Assembly: GCA_030390025.1 (NCBI GenBank)
Contig: CM059431.1
Span: forward strand, 114,206,001-114,270,000
DNA: 64,000 bases
Source: Squalus acanthias
Taxonomy: Eukaryota
Reading direction: 5' to 3'
Shown here: in pieces, positions 14,567 to 27,944 of the stretch
Layout: the number at the start of each line of letters is the position of its first letter
Position numbering within the stretch: position 1 is the stretch's first letter
Made by a program: the position numbers and the translations under genes
Notes under the pieces: model-generated
What the model saw: only the letters and a program-made list of their open reading frames with translations
Told to the model about the DNA's origin: nothing
Databases searched by the model: none

Positions 14567-15044
14567 GAGTGCAGGTACTTGTAATGTACAGGCATTGAGT
14601 GCAGATAACTGTAATATACAGGCATTGAGTGCTGATACTGGTAACGTGCAGGCATTGAGTCAGATAATATACTGTGATTGAGTGCAGGTACCTGTAATGT
14701 ACAGGCACTGATTGCAGATAATTGTAATATAGAGTCATTGCGTGCTGATACAGGTAACATGTAGGCATTGAGTGCAGATAACTGATATATACAGGCATGG
14801 AGTGCAGGTACTTGTAATGTACAGGCATTGAGTGCAGATAACTGTAATATACAGGCATTGAGTGCTGATACTGGTAACGTGCAGGCATTGAGTCAGATAA
14901 TATACTGTGATTGAGTGCAGGTACCTGTAATGTACAGGCACTGATTGCAGATAATTGTAATATAGAGTCATTGCGTGCTGATACAGGTAACATGTAGGCA
15001 TTGAGTGCAGATAACTGATATATACAGGCATGGAGTGCAGGTAC
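14567..15044 (+). repeat. Local tandem duplication, 2 x 233 bp (8 monomers, one shortened by 7 bp)
   Basis: Aberrant monomer GAGTCAGATAATATACTGTGATTGAG and its neighbours repeat at offset 233 (14638/14871). Confidence 0.92.
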
Positions 15045-17263
15045 CTCTGATTTACAGGCATTGAGTGCAGGTAGATGTAGTGTACAGGCATTGGGTGCTG
15101 GTATGAGCAATATACACGTATTGAGTGCAGGAGCCTGTAATATACAGGCGATGAATACAGGTAACAGTAATATACAGGCATTGAGCGCAGGAGCCTGTAA
15201 TGTACAGGCATTGAGTGCAGTTACCTGTAATTTCAGGCATTGAGTGCAGGTACCTGTAATATATAGGCATTGAGTGCAGGTACCTGTAATATACAGGCAC
15301 TGAGTGCAGGTACCTGTAATATATAGGCATTGAGTGCAGGTACCTGTAATGTACAGGCATTGAATGTAGGAGCCAATAAAGTATAGGCACTGAATGCAGG
15401 TATCAGTAATATACAGACATTGAGTGCAGGTACCTGTAATATACAGGCACTGAGTGCAGGTACCTGTAATATATAGGCATTGAGTGCAGGTACCTGTAAA
15501 GTACAGGCATTGACTGCAGGTGCCAATAATGTATAGGCATAGAATGTAGGTAACTGTACTGTACAGGCATTGAGTGCAGATAATTGTAATATACAGGCAT
15601 TGAGTGCTGGTACCTGTAACATCCTGGCATTGAGTGCAGATAACTGTATTATACAGGCACTGAGTGCAGGCACCTGTAATGTACAGGCATTGAGTGCTGG
15701 TGCCAGTAATTTATAGGCACTGAATGCAGGTACATATAATCTACAGGCAACGAGTGCAGGTTTCAGTAATGTATAGGTACTGACTGCAAGTACCTCTATT
15801 GTGCAGGCATTGAGAGCAGGTACGTGTAATATACAGGCATTGAGTGCATGTACCTGTAATGTACAGGCATTCAGTGCAGGTAACACTAATGTACTCGCAT
15901 TGAGTGCAGGTACCTGTAAATTTCATGCTTTGAGTACATGTCCCACGAATATACAGGCATTGAGTGGATACAACTGTAATAGACAGGCATTGAGTGCAGG
16001 TTCCTGTAATATACAGGCATTGAGTGCAGGTACCTGTAATGTACAGGCATTGAGTCCAGGTACCTGTAGTGTACAGGCATTGAGTGCAGGTACCAGTAAT
16101 ATACAGGCATTGAGTACAGGTACCTGTAATATACAGGCATTGAGTGCATGTATCTGTAATATACACGTATTGAGTGCAGGTACCTGTAAAATACAGGCAT
16201 TTTGCACAGTTGCCTGTAACATACAGGCATTGAGTGCATTTACCTGTAATGTAGTGGCATTGAGCGCAGGTACCTGTAATATACAGGCATTGAGTGCAGG
16301 CAATTGTAATGTTCAGGCATTGACTGCAGGTAACTGTAGTGTACAGGCATTGAGTGCAGGTAACAGTAATATACAGGCATTGAGTGCAATTACCTGTAAT
16401 ATACAAGCATCGATTGCAGGTACCTGTAATGTACAAGCATTGAGTGCAGGTACTTGTAATATACAGGCATTGAGTGCAGCTACCTGTAATGTATAGGCAT
16501 TGAGTACAGGTAACCGTAATATACAGGCATTGAGTGCAATTACCTGTAATATACAAGCATCGATTGCAGGTACCTGTAATTTCAGGCATTGAGTGCAGGT
16601 ACATGTTTATTCAGGCATTAGGTGCAGGTAACTGTAATATACAGTTATTGAGTGCAGGTAGCTGTAAAATATATGCATTGAGCACAGCTGCTGTAATATA
16701 CAGGCATTGATAGCATTTACCTTTAAATTACAGGCATTGAGTGCAGATATCTGTAATATACAGGCATAGATTGCAGCAACATGTAATGTACAGGCATTGA
16801 GTGCAGCAACCTGTAATCTACAGGCATTGAGTGCAGGTATTTGTACTGTACAGGCATTGAGTGCAGGTACCAATAATGTACAGGCATGGAGTGCAGGAAG
16901 CTGCAATGCACAGGCATTGAGTGCAGGTACCTGTAATGTACAGGCATTGAGAGCTGATAACCGTAACATACAGGCATTGATTGTAGGTACCTGTAATCTA
17001 CAGCCAATGAGTGCAGGTACCTGTATTGTGCAGGAATTGAGTGCAGGTAGCTGTATTGTGCAGGCATTGTTTGCAGGTACCTGTAATGTACAGGCATTGA
17101 CTAGAGGTACCTGTCATGTATAGTCGTTGAGTGCAGATAACTGTAATATACATGCATTGATTGCTGGTACCGGTAACGGGCAGGCATTGAGTGCAGGTAA
17201 TTGTAATGTACAGGCATTGAGTATTGGTACCTGTAATTTACAGGCATTGACTACAGGTGTCAG

Positions 17264-18174
17264 TAATGTATAGGCACTGAATACAGGTACCTGTATTGTA
17301 GAGGCATTGACTGCATGTACCGGTACTTTACAGACATTGAGTGCAGATAACTGTCATATACAGTCATTGAGTGCTGGTACCTGTAAAGTGCCGGCATTGA
17401 GTGCAGATAAATGTAATATACAGGCACTGAGTGCAGGTACCTTTAATGAACAGGCATATAGTTCAGGTACGTGTAATATAGAGGCATTGAGTGCAGCTAG
17501 CTGTAATATCCAGGCATTGAGTGCAGGTACCATTAATATACAGGGTTTGAGTGCAGGTACCTGTAATTTATAGGCATTGAGTGCAGGGAACTGTAATGTA
17601 CAGGCATTGAGTGCAGGTACTTTTAATTACAGGCATTGATTGCAGGTACCTGTAATGTAAATGCATTGAGTGCAGGTACCTGTAATATACAGGCATTGAT
17701 TGCAGGTACCTATAATGTATAGGCACTGAATACAGGTACCTGTATTGTAGAGGCATTGACTGCATGTACCGGTACTTTACAGACATTGAGTGCAGATAAC
17801 TGTCATATACAGTCATTGAGTGCTGGTACCTGTAAAGTGCCGGCATTGAGTGCAGATAAATGTAATATACAGGCACTGAGTGCAGGTACCTTTAATGAAC
17901 AGGCATATAGTTCAGGTACGTGTAATATAGAGGCATTGAGTGCAGCTAGCTGTAATATCCAGGCATTGAGTGCAGGTACCATTAATATACAGGGTTTGAG
18001 TGCAGGTACCTGTAATTTATAGGCATTGAGTGCAGGGAACTGTAATGTACAGGCATTGAGTGCAGGTACTTTTAATTACAGGCATTGATTGCAGGTACCT
18101 GTAATGTAAATGCATTGAGTGCAGGTACCTGTAATATACAGGCATTGATTGCAGGTACCTATAATGTATAGGCA
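17264..18174 (+). repeat. Local tandem duplication, 2 x 449 bp (15 monomers minus 1 bp)
   Basis: Identical 88-aa ORFs at 17307 and 17756; the sequences read as identical. Confidence 0.93.
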
Positions 18175-19629
18175 TTGAATGCAGGTACATGCATTATACA
18201 GGCATTGATTGGAGGCACCAGTAATATACAGGCATTGAGTGCAGGTAGCTGTAATATACAGGCATTGAGTGCAGGTACCTGTAATATAGAGAGATTGCGC
18301 ACAGTTGCCTGTAATGTACAAGCATTGAGCGCAGAGACCTGTAATATAAAGGCATTGACAGCAGGTACTTGTAATGTACATGCATTGAGTGCAGGTAGCT
18401 GTAATGTACAGGCATTGAGTGCAAGTAACTTTAATTAACAGGCATTGAGTGCAGGTACCTGAAATGTACAAGCATTAATTGCAGGTGACTGTAATGTACA
18501 GGCATTGACTGCAGGTAACATTAATTAACAGGCATTGATTACAGGTACCTGTAATCTACAGGCATAGAGTGCAGGTACATGTGTTGTACAGGCATTGAGT
18601 GCAGGCACCGGTAATATACAGTCATTGAGTGCAGCACCCTGTAATATAGAGGCTTTGAGTGCAGATATCTGTAATATACAGGCATTGAGTGCAGGTACCT
18701 ATAATATACAGACATTGAGTGCAGGTACCTGTAATGTACAGGCATTGAGTGCAGGTACATGTAATGTACAGGCATTGAGTGTAGGTACCTGTAATGTACA
18801 GGCATTGAGTGCAGGTATCAGTAATATACAGGCATTGAGTGCAGGTACCTGTAATGTACAGGCATTGAGTGCAGGTAACTGTAATGTACAGGCATTGAGT
18901 GCAGGTAACTGTTATATACAGGCATTGAGTGCAGGTACCTGTAATGTACAGGCATTAAGTCTAGGTACCTGTAATGTACAGGCATTGAGTGCAGGTACCT
19001 CTAATGTACAGGCATTGAAAGCAGGTAACTTTAATTAACAGGCATTGAGTGCAGGTACCTGTAATGTATGGGCATTGACTGCAGATACCTGTAAAATACA
19101 GGCATTGATTGCAAATATCTTTAATTAGCAGGTATTGAGTGCAGGTACCTGTAATCTATAGGCATTGAGTGCAGGTACCTGTAATGTACAGGCATTCAGT
19201 GCAGATAACTGTAATGTACAGGCATTGAGCGCTGCTACCTGAAATGTACAGGCATTGAGTGCAATTAACTGTGAAGTACAGTCATCAAGTGCAAGTATCT
19301 CTAATTTCAAGCCTTGAGTGCAGGTACCTGTAATTTACAGGCATTGAATGCAGGGACATGCATTATACAGGCATTAATTGCAGGTACCTGTAATATACAG
19401 GCATTGAGTGCAGGTAACTGTTATATACAGGCATTAAGTGCAGGTACATGTAATGTACAGGCATTGAGTGCAGGTTCCTGTAATGTACAGGCATTGAGTG
19501 CAGGTAACTGTAATGTACAGGCATTGAGAGCAGTTATCCGTTATATACAGGCATTGAGTGCAGGTAACTGTAATGTACAGGCATTGAGTGCAGTTAACTT
19601 TTATATACAGGCATTGAGTGCAGGTACAT

Positions 19630-19759
19630 GTAATGTACAGGCTTTGAGTGCAGATAACTGTAATATACAGGCATTTAATGCAGGTTCCTGTAATGTACAG
19701 GCTTTGAGTGCAGATAACTGTAATATACAGGCATTTAATGCAGGTTCCTGTAATGTACA
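19630..19759 (+). repeat. Local tandem duplication, 2 x 60 bp
   Basis: GGCTTTGAGTGCAGATAACTG...GCATTTAATGCAGGTTCCTG repeated at offset 60. Confidence 0.85.
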
Positions 19760-22345
19760 AGCATTGAGCGCAGAGACCTGTAATATAAAGGCATTGACAG
19801 CAGGTACTTGTAATGTACATGCATTGAGTGCAGGTAGCTGTAATGTACAGGCATTGAGTGCAAGTAAATTTAATTAACAGGCATTGAATGCAGGTATCTG
19901 TATTGTACAGGCATTGAGCGCAGATAACCGTAATATACAGACATTGAGTGGAGGTACCTGTAATGTACAGGCATTGAGTGCAGCACCCTGCAATATACAG
20001 GCATTGAGTGCAGATAACCGTAATGTACATTCATTGAGTGCTGGTACATGTTAAGTGCAGGTGTTGCATGCAGGTACCTGTAATACACAGGCATTGAGTG
20101 CAGTGACTTGAAATATAAAGGCATTGAGAGCAGGAACCTGTAATGTACAGGCATTGAGTGTGGATAACTTTAATATACAGGCATTGACTGCAGGTACCTG
20201 AAATGTACAAGCATTAATTGCAGGTGACTGTAATGTACAGGCATTGACTGCAGGTAACATTAATTAACAGACAGTGATTACAGGTACCTGTAATCTACAG
20301 GCATAGAGTGCAGGTACATGTGTTGTACAGGCATTGAGTGCAGGCACCTGTAATATACAGTTATTGAGTGCAGCACCCTGTAATATAGAGGCTTTGAGTG
20401 CAGATATCCGTAATATACAGGCATTGGGTGCAGGTACCTATAATATACAGACATTGAGTGCAGGTACCTGTAATGTACAGGCATTGAGTGCAGGTACCTG
20501 TAATGTACAGGCATTGAGTGCAGGTACATGTGTTGTACAGGCATTGAGTGCAGGCACCTGTAATATACAGTCATTGAGTGCAGGCACCTGTAATATAGAG
20601 GCTTTGACTGCAGATATCCGTAATATACAGGCATTGAGTGAAGGTACCTATAATATACAGACATTGAGTGCAGGTACCTGTAATGTACAGGCATTGAGTG
20701 CAGGTACATGTAATGTACAGGCATTGAGTGTAGGTACCTGTAATGTACAGGCATTGAGTGCAGGTATCAGTAATATACAGACATTGAGTGCAGGTGCCTG
20801 TAATGTACAGGCATTGAGTCTAGGTACCTGTAATGTACAGGCATTGAGTGCAGGTACCTCTAATGTACAGGCATTGAGAGCAGGTAACTTTAATTAACAG
20901 GCATTGAGTGCAGGTACCTGTAATGTATGGGCATTGACTGCAGATACCTGTAAAATACAGGCATTGATTGCAGATATCTTTAATTAGCAGGTATTGAGTG
21001 CAGGTACCTGTAATCTACAGGCATTGAGTGCAGGTACCTGAAATGTACAGGCATTGAGTGCAATTAACTGTGAAGTACAGTCATCAAGTGCAAGTATCTC
21101 TAATTTCAAGCCTTGAGTGCAGGTACCTGTAATTTACAGGCATTGAATGCAGGGACATGCATTATACAGTCATTAATTGCAGGTACCTGTAATATACAGG
21201 CATTGAGTGCAGGTAACTGTTATATACAGGCATTAAGTGCAGGTACATGTAATGTACAGGCATTGAGTGCAGGTTCCTGTAATGTACAGGCATTGAGTGC
21301 AGGTAACTGTAATGTACAGGCATTGATTCAGTTATCTGTTATATACAGGCATTGAGTGCAGGTAACTGTAATGTACAGGCATTGAGTGCAGTTAACTTTT
21401 ATATACAGGCATTGAGTGCAGGTACATGTAATGTACAGGCTTTGAGTGCAGATAACTGTAATATACAGGCATTTAATGCAGGTTCCTGTAATGTACAGGC
21501 ATTGAGTGCAGGTACCTGTAAAGCACAGGCATTGAGTCCAGGTACCTGCAATGTACAGGCATTGACTGCAGGTACCTCTAATGTACAGGCATTGAGAGCA
21601 GGTAACTTTAATTAACAGGCATTGAGTGCAGGTACCTGTAATGTACAGTCATTGACTGCAGATACCTGTAAAATACAGGCATTGAATGCAGGGACATGCA
21701 TTATACAGGCATTAATTGCAGGTACCTGTAATGTACAGGCATTGAGTCCAGGTACCTGTAATGTACAGGCATTGAGTGCAGGTACCTCTAATGTACAGGC
21801 ATTGAGAGCAGGTAACTTTAATTAACAGGCATTGAGTGCAGGTACCTGTAATGTATGTGCATTGACTGCAGGTACCTGTAATGTACAGGCATTGAGTGCA
21901 GGTACCTGTATTGTACAGGCATTGAGTGCAGCTCCCTGTAATATACAGGCATTGAGTGCTGATAACTGTATTGTACAGGCATTGCGTGCTTCTTCCTGTA
22001 ATGTACAGCATTGAGTGCAGGTATCTGTAATATAAAGGCATTGGGTACAGACCCTGTAGTCTACAGGCATTGAGTGCAGGTAATGGTAATTAACAGGCAT
22101 TGAGAGCAGATATCTGTAATATGCATCATTGAGTGCAGGTAACTGTAATGTACAGGCATTGAGTGCAGTTATCTGTTATATACAGGCATTGAGTGCAGGT
22201 AACTGTAATGTACAGGCATTGAGTGCAGTTAACTTTTATATACAGGCATTGAGTGCAGGTACATGTAATGTACAGGCTTTGAGTGCAGATAACTGTAATT
22301 TACAGGCATTTAATGCAGGTTCCTGTAATGTACAGTCATTGAGTT

Positions 22346-25300
22346 CAGGTACCTGTAATGTACAGGCATTGAGTCCAGGTACCTGTAATGTACAGGCATT
22401 GAGTGCAGGTACCTCTAATGTACAGGCATTGAGAGCAGGTAACTTTAATTAACAGGCATTGAGTGCAGGTACCTGTAATGTACAGTCATTGACTGCAGAT
22501 ACCTGTAAAATACAGGCATTGATTGCAGATAACTTTAATTACCAGGCATTCAGTGCAGGTATCTGTAATGTAAAGGCATTGAGTGCAGGTACCTGTAATT
22601 TACAGGCATTCAGTGCAGATAACTGTAATGTACAGGCATTGAGAGCTGCTACCTGAAATGTACAGGCATTTAGTGCAAGTAACTGTGAAGTACAGGCATC
22701 AAGTGAAGGTACCTCTAATTTCAAGCCTTGAGTGCAGGTACCTGTAATTTACAGGCATTGAATGCAGGGACATGCATTATACAGGCATTAATTGCAGGTA
22801 GCTGTAATATACAGGCATTGAGTGCAGGTACATGTAATATACAGGAATTGCACAGAGATGCCTGTAATAGACTGGCATTGAGCGCATATACCTGTAATAT
22901 ACAGGCATTAAGTGCAGGTATTTGTAATATACAGGCATTGAAAGCAGGTAACTGTAATGTACATGCATTGAGTGCAGGTAATTGTAATGTACAGGCATTA
23001 AGTGCAGGTACCGGTAATATACAGGCATTCAGTACAAATAACTAATATACCGGCATTGAGTGCAGGTACCTGTAATGCATAGGCATTGACTGCAGGTAAC
23101 TGTAATTAACGGACATTGAGTGCAGATAACTGTAATCTACGGGCATTGAGTGCAGGTACCTGTATTGAACAGGCATTGAATGCAGGTACCTGTACTGTAC
23201 AGGCGTTGAGTGCAGGTACCTGTAATATACAGGCATTGAGTGCACAAAAATGTAATATACATGTATTGAGTGTTGGTAACTGTAACCTAAATCATTGAGT
23301 GCAGGTATCTGTAATATACACACATTGAGTGCAGGTGCATGTAATGTACATTCAATGAGTGCAAGTACCTGTAATATACAGGCATTGAGTGCAGGTACTT
23401 GTAATGTATCGACATTGAGTGCAATTAACTGTAATGTACAGGCATTGAGTGCAAGTAACTGAAATATACAGGCATTGAATGCAGGTACCTGTAATGTACA
23501 GGCATTGAGTGCAGGTACCTGTAATATACAGGGATTGAGTGGAGGTATCTTTAATATACACGCATTGAGTGCAGGTAAATATAATGTACAGGCATTGATC
23601 GGAGGTCACTGTAATGCACCGGCATTGAGTGCATGTACCTGTAATATACAGGGATTGAGTGCAGGTACCTGTAATGTACAGGCATTGAGTGCAGGGACCT
23701 GCAATGTACAGGCATTGATTGCAGGTAACATTAATTAACAGGCATTGAGTGCAAGTACCTGTAATATGCAGGCATTGAGTGCAGGTACCTGTAATGTAGT
23801 GGCATTTAGTTTAGGGACTTGTAATGTACTGGCATTGAATGCAGGTGCCAGTAATGTATAGGCAGTAAATGCAGGTGTCAGTAATATATAGTCACTGAAT
23901 GCAGGTACCTCTAGTGTACAGGCAATGACAGCAGGTACCTGTACTGTACAGGCATTGAGTGCAGATAACGGTAATATAGAGGCATTGAGTGCTGGTACCT
24001 GTAACATGCAGGCATTGAGTTCAGGTACCTGTAATGTACAGGTATTGAGCTCAGGTAACTGTATTGTACAGGCGTTGAGTGCAGATAACGGTAATATAAA
24101 GGAATTGAGTGCTGGTACCTGTAACATGCAGGCATTGAGTGCAGGTACCTGTAATGTGCAGGCATTGATGCAAGTACCTGTAATATGCAAGAATTGAGTG
24201 CAGGTACCTGTAATGTAGTGGCATTGAGTGAAGGGACTTGTAATATACAGGCATTGAGTGCAGGTTTCAGTAATGTATAGTCACTGAATACAGGTACCTC
24301 TAGTGTACAGGCATTGACTGCAGGTACCTGTAATGTACAGACATTGAGTGCAGGTAACCGTATTGTACAGGCGTTGAGCGCAGGTACCTGTAATGTACAG
24401 GCATTGAGTGCAAGTACCTGTAATATACAGGCATTTACTGCAGGTACCTGTAAAGTACAGGCATTGCTTGCAGGTACCTGTAATATACAGGCACTGAGTG
24501 CAGGTACAGGTAATATACTGGCATTGAGTGCAGGTAACTGTAATGTAGAGGCATTGAGTGCAGGTACCTGTAACATGCAGGGATTGAGTTCAGGTACCTG
24601 TAATGTACAGGCATTGAGTGCAAGTACCTGTAATATACAGGCATTTACTGCAGGTACCTGTAATGTACAGGCATTGATTGCAGGTACCTGTAATATACAG
24701 GCACTGAGTGCAGGTACATGTAATATACTGGCATTGAGTGCAGGTAACTGTAATGTACAGGCATTGATTGCAGGTATCTGTAACTTACAGGAATTGAGTG
24801 CAGGTACTTGTAATATACAGGCACTGAGTGCAGGGACATGTAATGTACAGGCATTGAGTGCAGGTACCTGTAATGTAGTGGCATTTAGTGCAGGGACTTG
24901 TAATGTACCAGCATTGAATGCAGGTGCCAGTAATGTATAGGCAGTGAGTGCAGGTGTCAGTAATATATAGTCACTGAATGCAGGTACCTCTAGTGTACAG
25001 GCATTTACTGCAGGTACCTGTACTGTACAGGCATTGAGTGCAGATAACGGTAATATAGAGGCATTGAGTGCTGGTACCTGTAACATGCAGGGATTGAGTT
25101 CAGGTACCTGTAATGTACAGGCATTGAGTGCAAGTACCTGTAATATGCAGGCATTGAGTGCAGGTACCTGTAATGTAGTGGCATTGAGTGAAGGGTCTTG
25201 TACTGTACCAGCATTAAGTGCAGGTGCCAGTAATGTATAGGCAGTGAATGCAGGTACCTGTATTGTACAGGCATTGAGTGCAGGTGTCAGTAATATATAG

Positions 25301-27944
25301 TCACTGAATGCAGGTACCTCTAGTGTACAGGCATTGACAGCAGGTACCTGTAATGTACAGGCATTGAGTGCAGATAACGGTAATATAGAGGCATTGAGTG
25401 CTGGTACCTGTAACATGCAGGGATTGAGTTCAGGTACCTGTAATGTACAGGCATTGAGTGCAGGTAACTGTTATATACAGGCATTGAGTGCAGGTACATG
25501 TAATGTACATACATTGAGAGCAGGTAACTTTAATTAACAGGCATTGGGTGCAGGTACCTGTAATGTACAGGCATTGAGTGCAGGTACCTGTAATGCACAG
25601 GCATTGACTGCAGGTACCTGTAATGTACAGGCATTGAGTGCCGGTACCTGTAATGCACAGGCATTGACTGCAGGTACCTGTAATGTACAGGCATTGAGCG
25701 CATATACCTGTAATATACAGGCATTAAGTGCAGGTACCTGTAATGCACAGGCATTGGGTGTATTTACCTATAATATAGAGTCATTGGGTGTAGGTACCTT
25801 TAATTTACAGGCATTGAATGCAGGTACCTGTAATGTAGTGGCATTGAGTGCCGGTACCTATAATGTACAGGCATTCAGTGCAGATAACTGTAATACACAG
25901 GCATTGAGTGCAGGTATCTGTAATTTACAGGCCTTGACTACAAGTACATGTAATATACAAGCATCAAGTGCAGGTTCCTCTAATTTCAAGAATTGAGTGC
26001 AGGTAACTGCAATTTACAGACATTGAATGCAGGTACATGCATTATACAGGAATTGATTGCAGGTATCTGTAATGTACAGGCATTGAGTGCAGGTACCTGT
26101 AATGTACAGGCATTGAGTCCAGGTACCTGTAATGTACAGGCATTCAGTGCAGATAACTGTAATGTACAGGCATTGAGAGCAGGTAATTTAATTAACAGGC
26201 ATTCAGTGCAGGTACCTCTAATGTACAGGCATTGAGTGCAGGTACCTGTAATGTACAGGCATTCAGTGCAGATAACTGTAATGTACAGGCATTGAGCGCT
26301 GCTACCTGAAATGTACAGTCATTGAGTGAAAGTAACTGTGAAGTACAGCCATCAAATGAAGGTACCTCGAATTTCAAGCCTTGAGTGCAGGTACCTGTAA
26401 TGTACAGGCATTGAATGCAGGGACATGCATTATACAGGCATTAATTGCAGGTAGCTGTAATGTACAGGCATTGGGAGCAGCTAGTGTAATGTATGGGCAT
26501 TGATTGCAGGTACCTGTAAAATAAAGGCACTGATTGCAGGTAACTTTAATTAACAGGCATTGAGTGCAGGTACCTGTAATGTACAGGCATTGAGTGCAGG
26601 TAACTGTAATGTACAGGCATTGAGTGCAGGTAACTGTTATATACAGGCATTGAGTGCAGGTACATGTAATGTACAGGCATTGAGAGCAGGTAACTTTAAT
26701 TAACAGGCATTGAGTGCAGGTACCTGTAATGTACAGGCATTGAGTGCTGGTACCTGTAATGCAAAGGCATTGAGTGTAGGTACCTATAATGTACAGGCAT
26801 TGAGTGCTGTTAACTGTAATGTACAGGCATTGAGTGCTGCTACCTGTAACGTACAGAAATTGAGTGCAGTTACCTGTAATATACAGGGATTGGGTGCAGG
26901 TACCTGTAATTTACAGGCATTGAGTGCAGGTTCCAGTGTTTTACAGGCATTGAGTGCACATTCCTGTAATGTACAGGCATTGAGTGAAGATAACTCTAAT
27001 TAACAGGTATTGAGTGCAGATCCCTGTAGTCTACAGGCATTGAGTGCAGGTACCTGTAATGTACAGACATTGAGTGCAGGCACCTATATTGTACAGGCAT
27101 TCAGTGCAGATAAATGTAATGCACAGGCATTGAGTGCAGGTACCTGTAATGTACAGGCCTTGACTACAAGTACATGTAATATACAGGCATCAAGTGCAGG
27201 TTCCTCTAATTTCAAGAATTGAGAGCAGGTCCCTGCAATTTACAGACATTGAATGCAGGTACATGCATTATACAGGCATTGATTGCAGCTATCTGTAATA
27301 TACAGGCATTGAGTGCAGGTAGCTGTAATATACAGGCATTGAGTGCAGGTACCTGTAATATACAGGGATTGCGCACAGATGCCTGTAATGGACTGGCATT
27401 GAGCACATATACCTGTAATATACAGGCATTAACTGCAGGTATTTTTAATATACAGGCATTGACAGCAGGTACCTGTAATGTACAGGCATTAAGTGTAGCT
27501 ACCTGTAATGTGCAGGCATTGAGTTCGGGTACCGTTAATGTACAGGCATTCAGTGCAAATAACTGTGAAGTACAGGCATCAAGTGCAAGTATCTCTAATT
27601 TCAAGCCTTGAGTGCAGGTACCTGTAATTTACAGGCATTGAATGCAGGGACATGCATTATACAGGCATTAATTGCAGGTACCTGTAATATACAGGCATTG
27701 AGTGCAGGTAACTATTATATACAGGCATTAAGTGCAGTTACATGTAATGTACAGGCATTGAGTGCAGATAACTGTAATGTACAAACATTGAGAGCAGGTA
27801 CCTGTAATGTCGAGGCATTGAGTGCTGGTACCTGTAATGTACATGCATTGAGTCCAGGTACCTGTAATGTACAGGCATTGAGTGCAGGTACCTCTAATGT
27901 ACAGGCATTGAGAGCAGGTAACTTTAATTAACAGGCATTGAGTG
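22346..27944 (+). repeat. HOR copy 1 (full length, 5,599 bp)
   Basis: Offset of 5599 to copy 2; same length as copy 5. Confidence 0.93.

Noticed and set aside
20040..20070. Apparent foreign insertion or half-size monomers (GCTGGTACATGTTAAGTGCAGGTGTTGCAT)
   Set aside because: It aligns without gaps to the consensus as one 30-bp monomer with about 9 substitutions, and phase is preserved.
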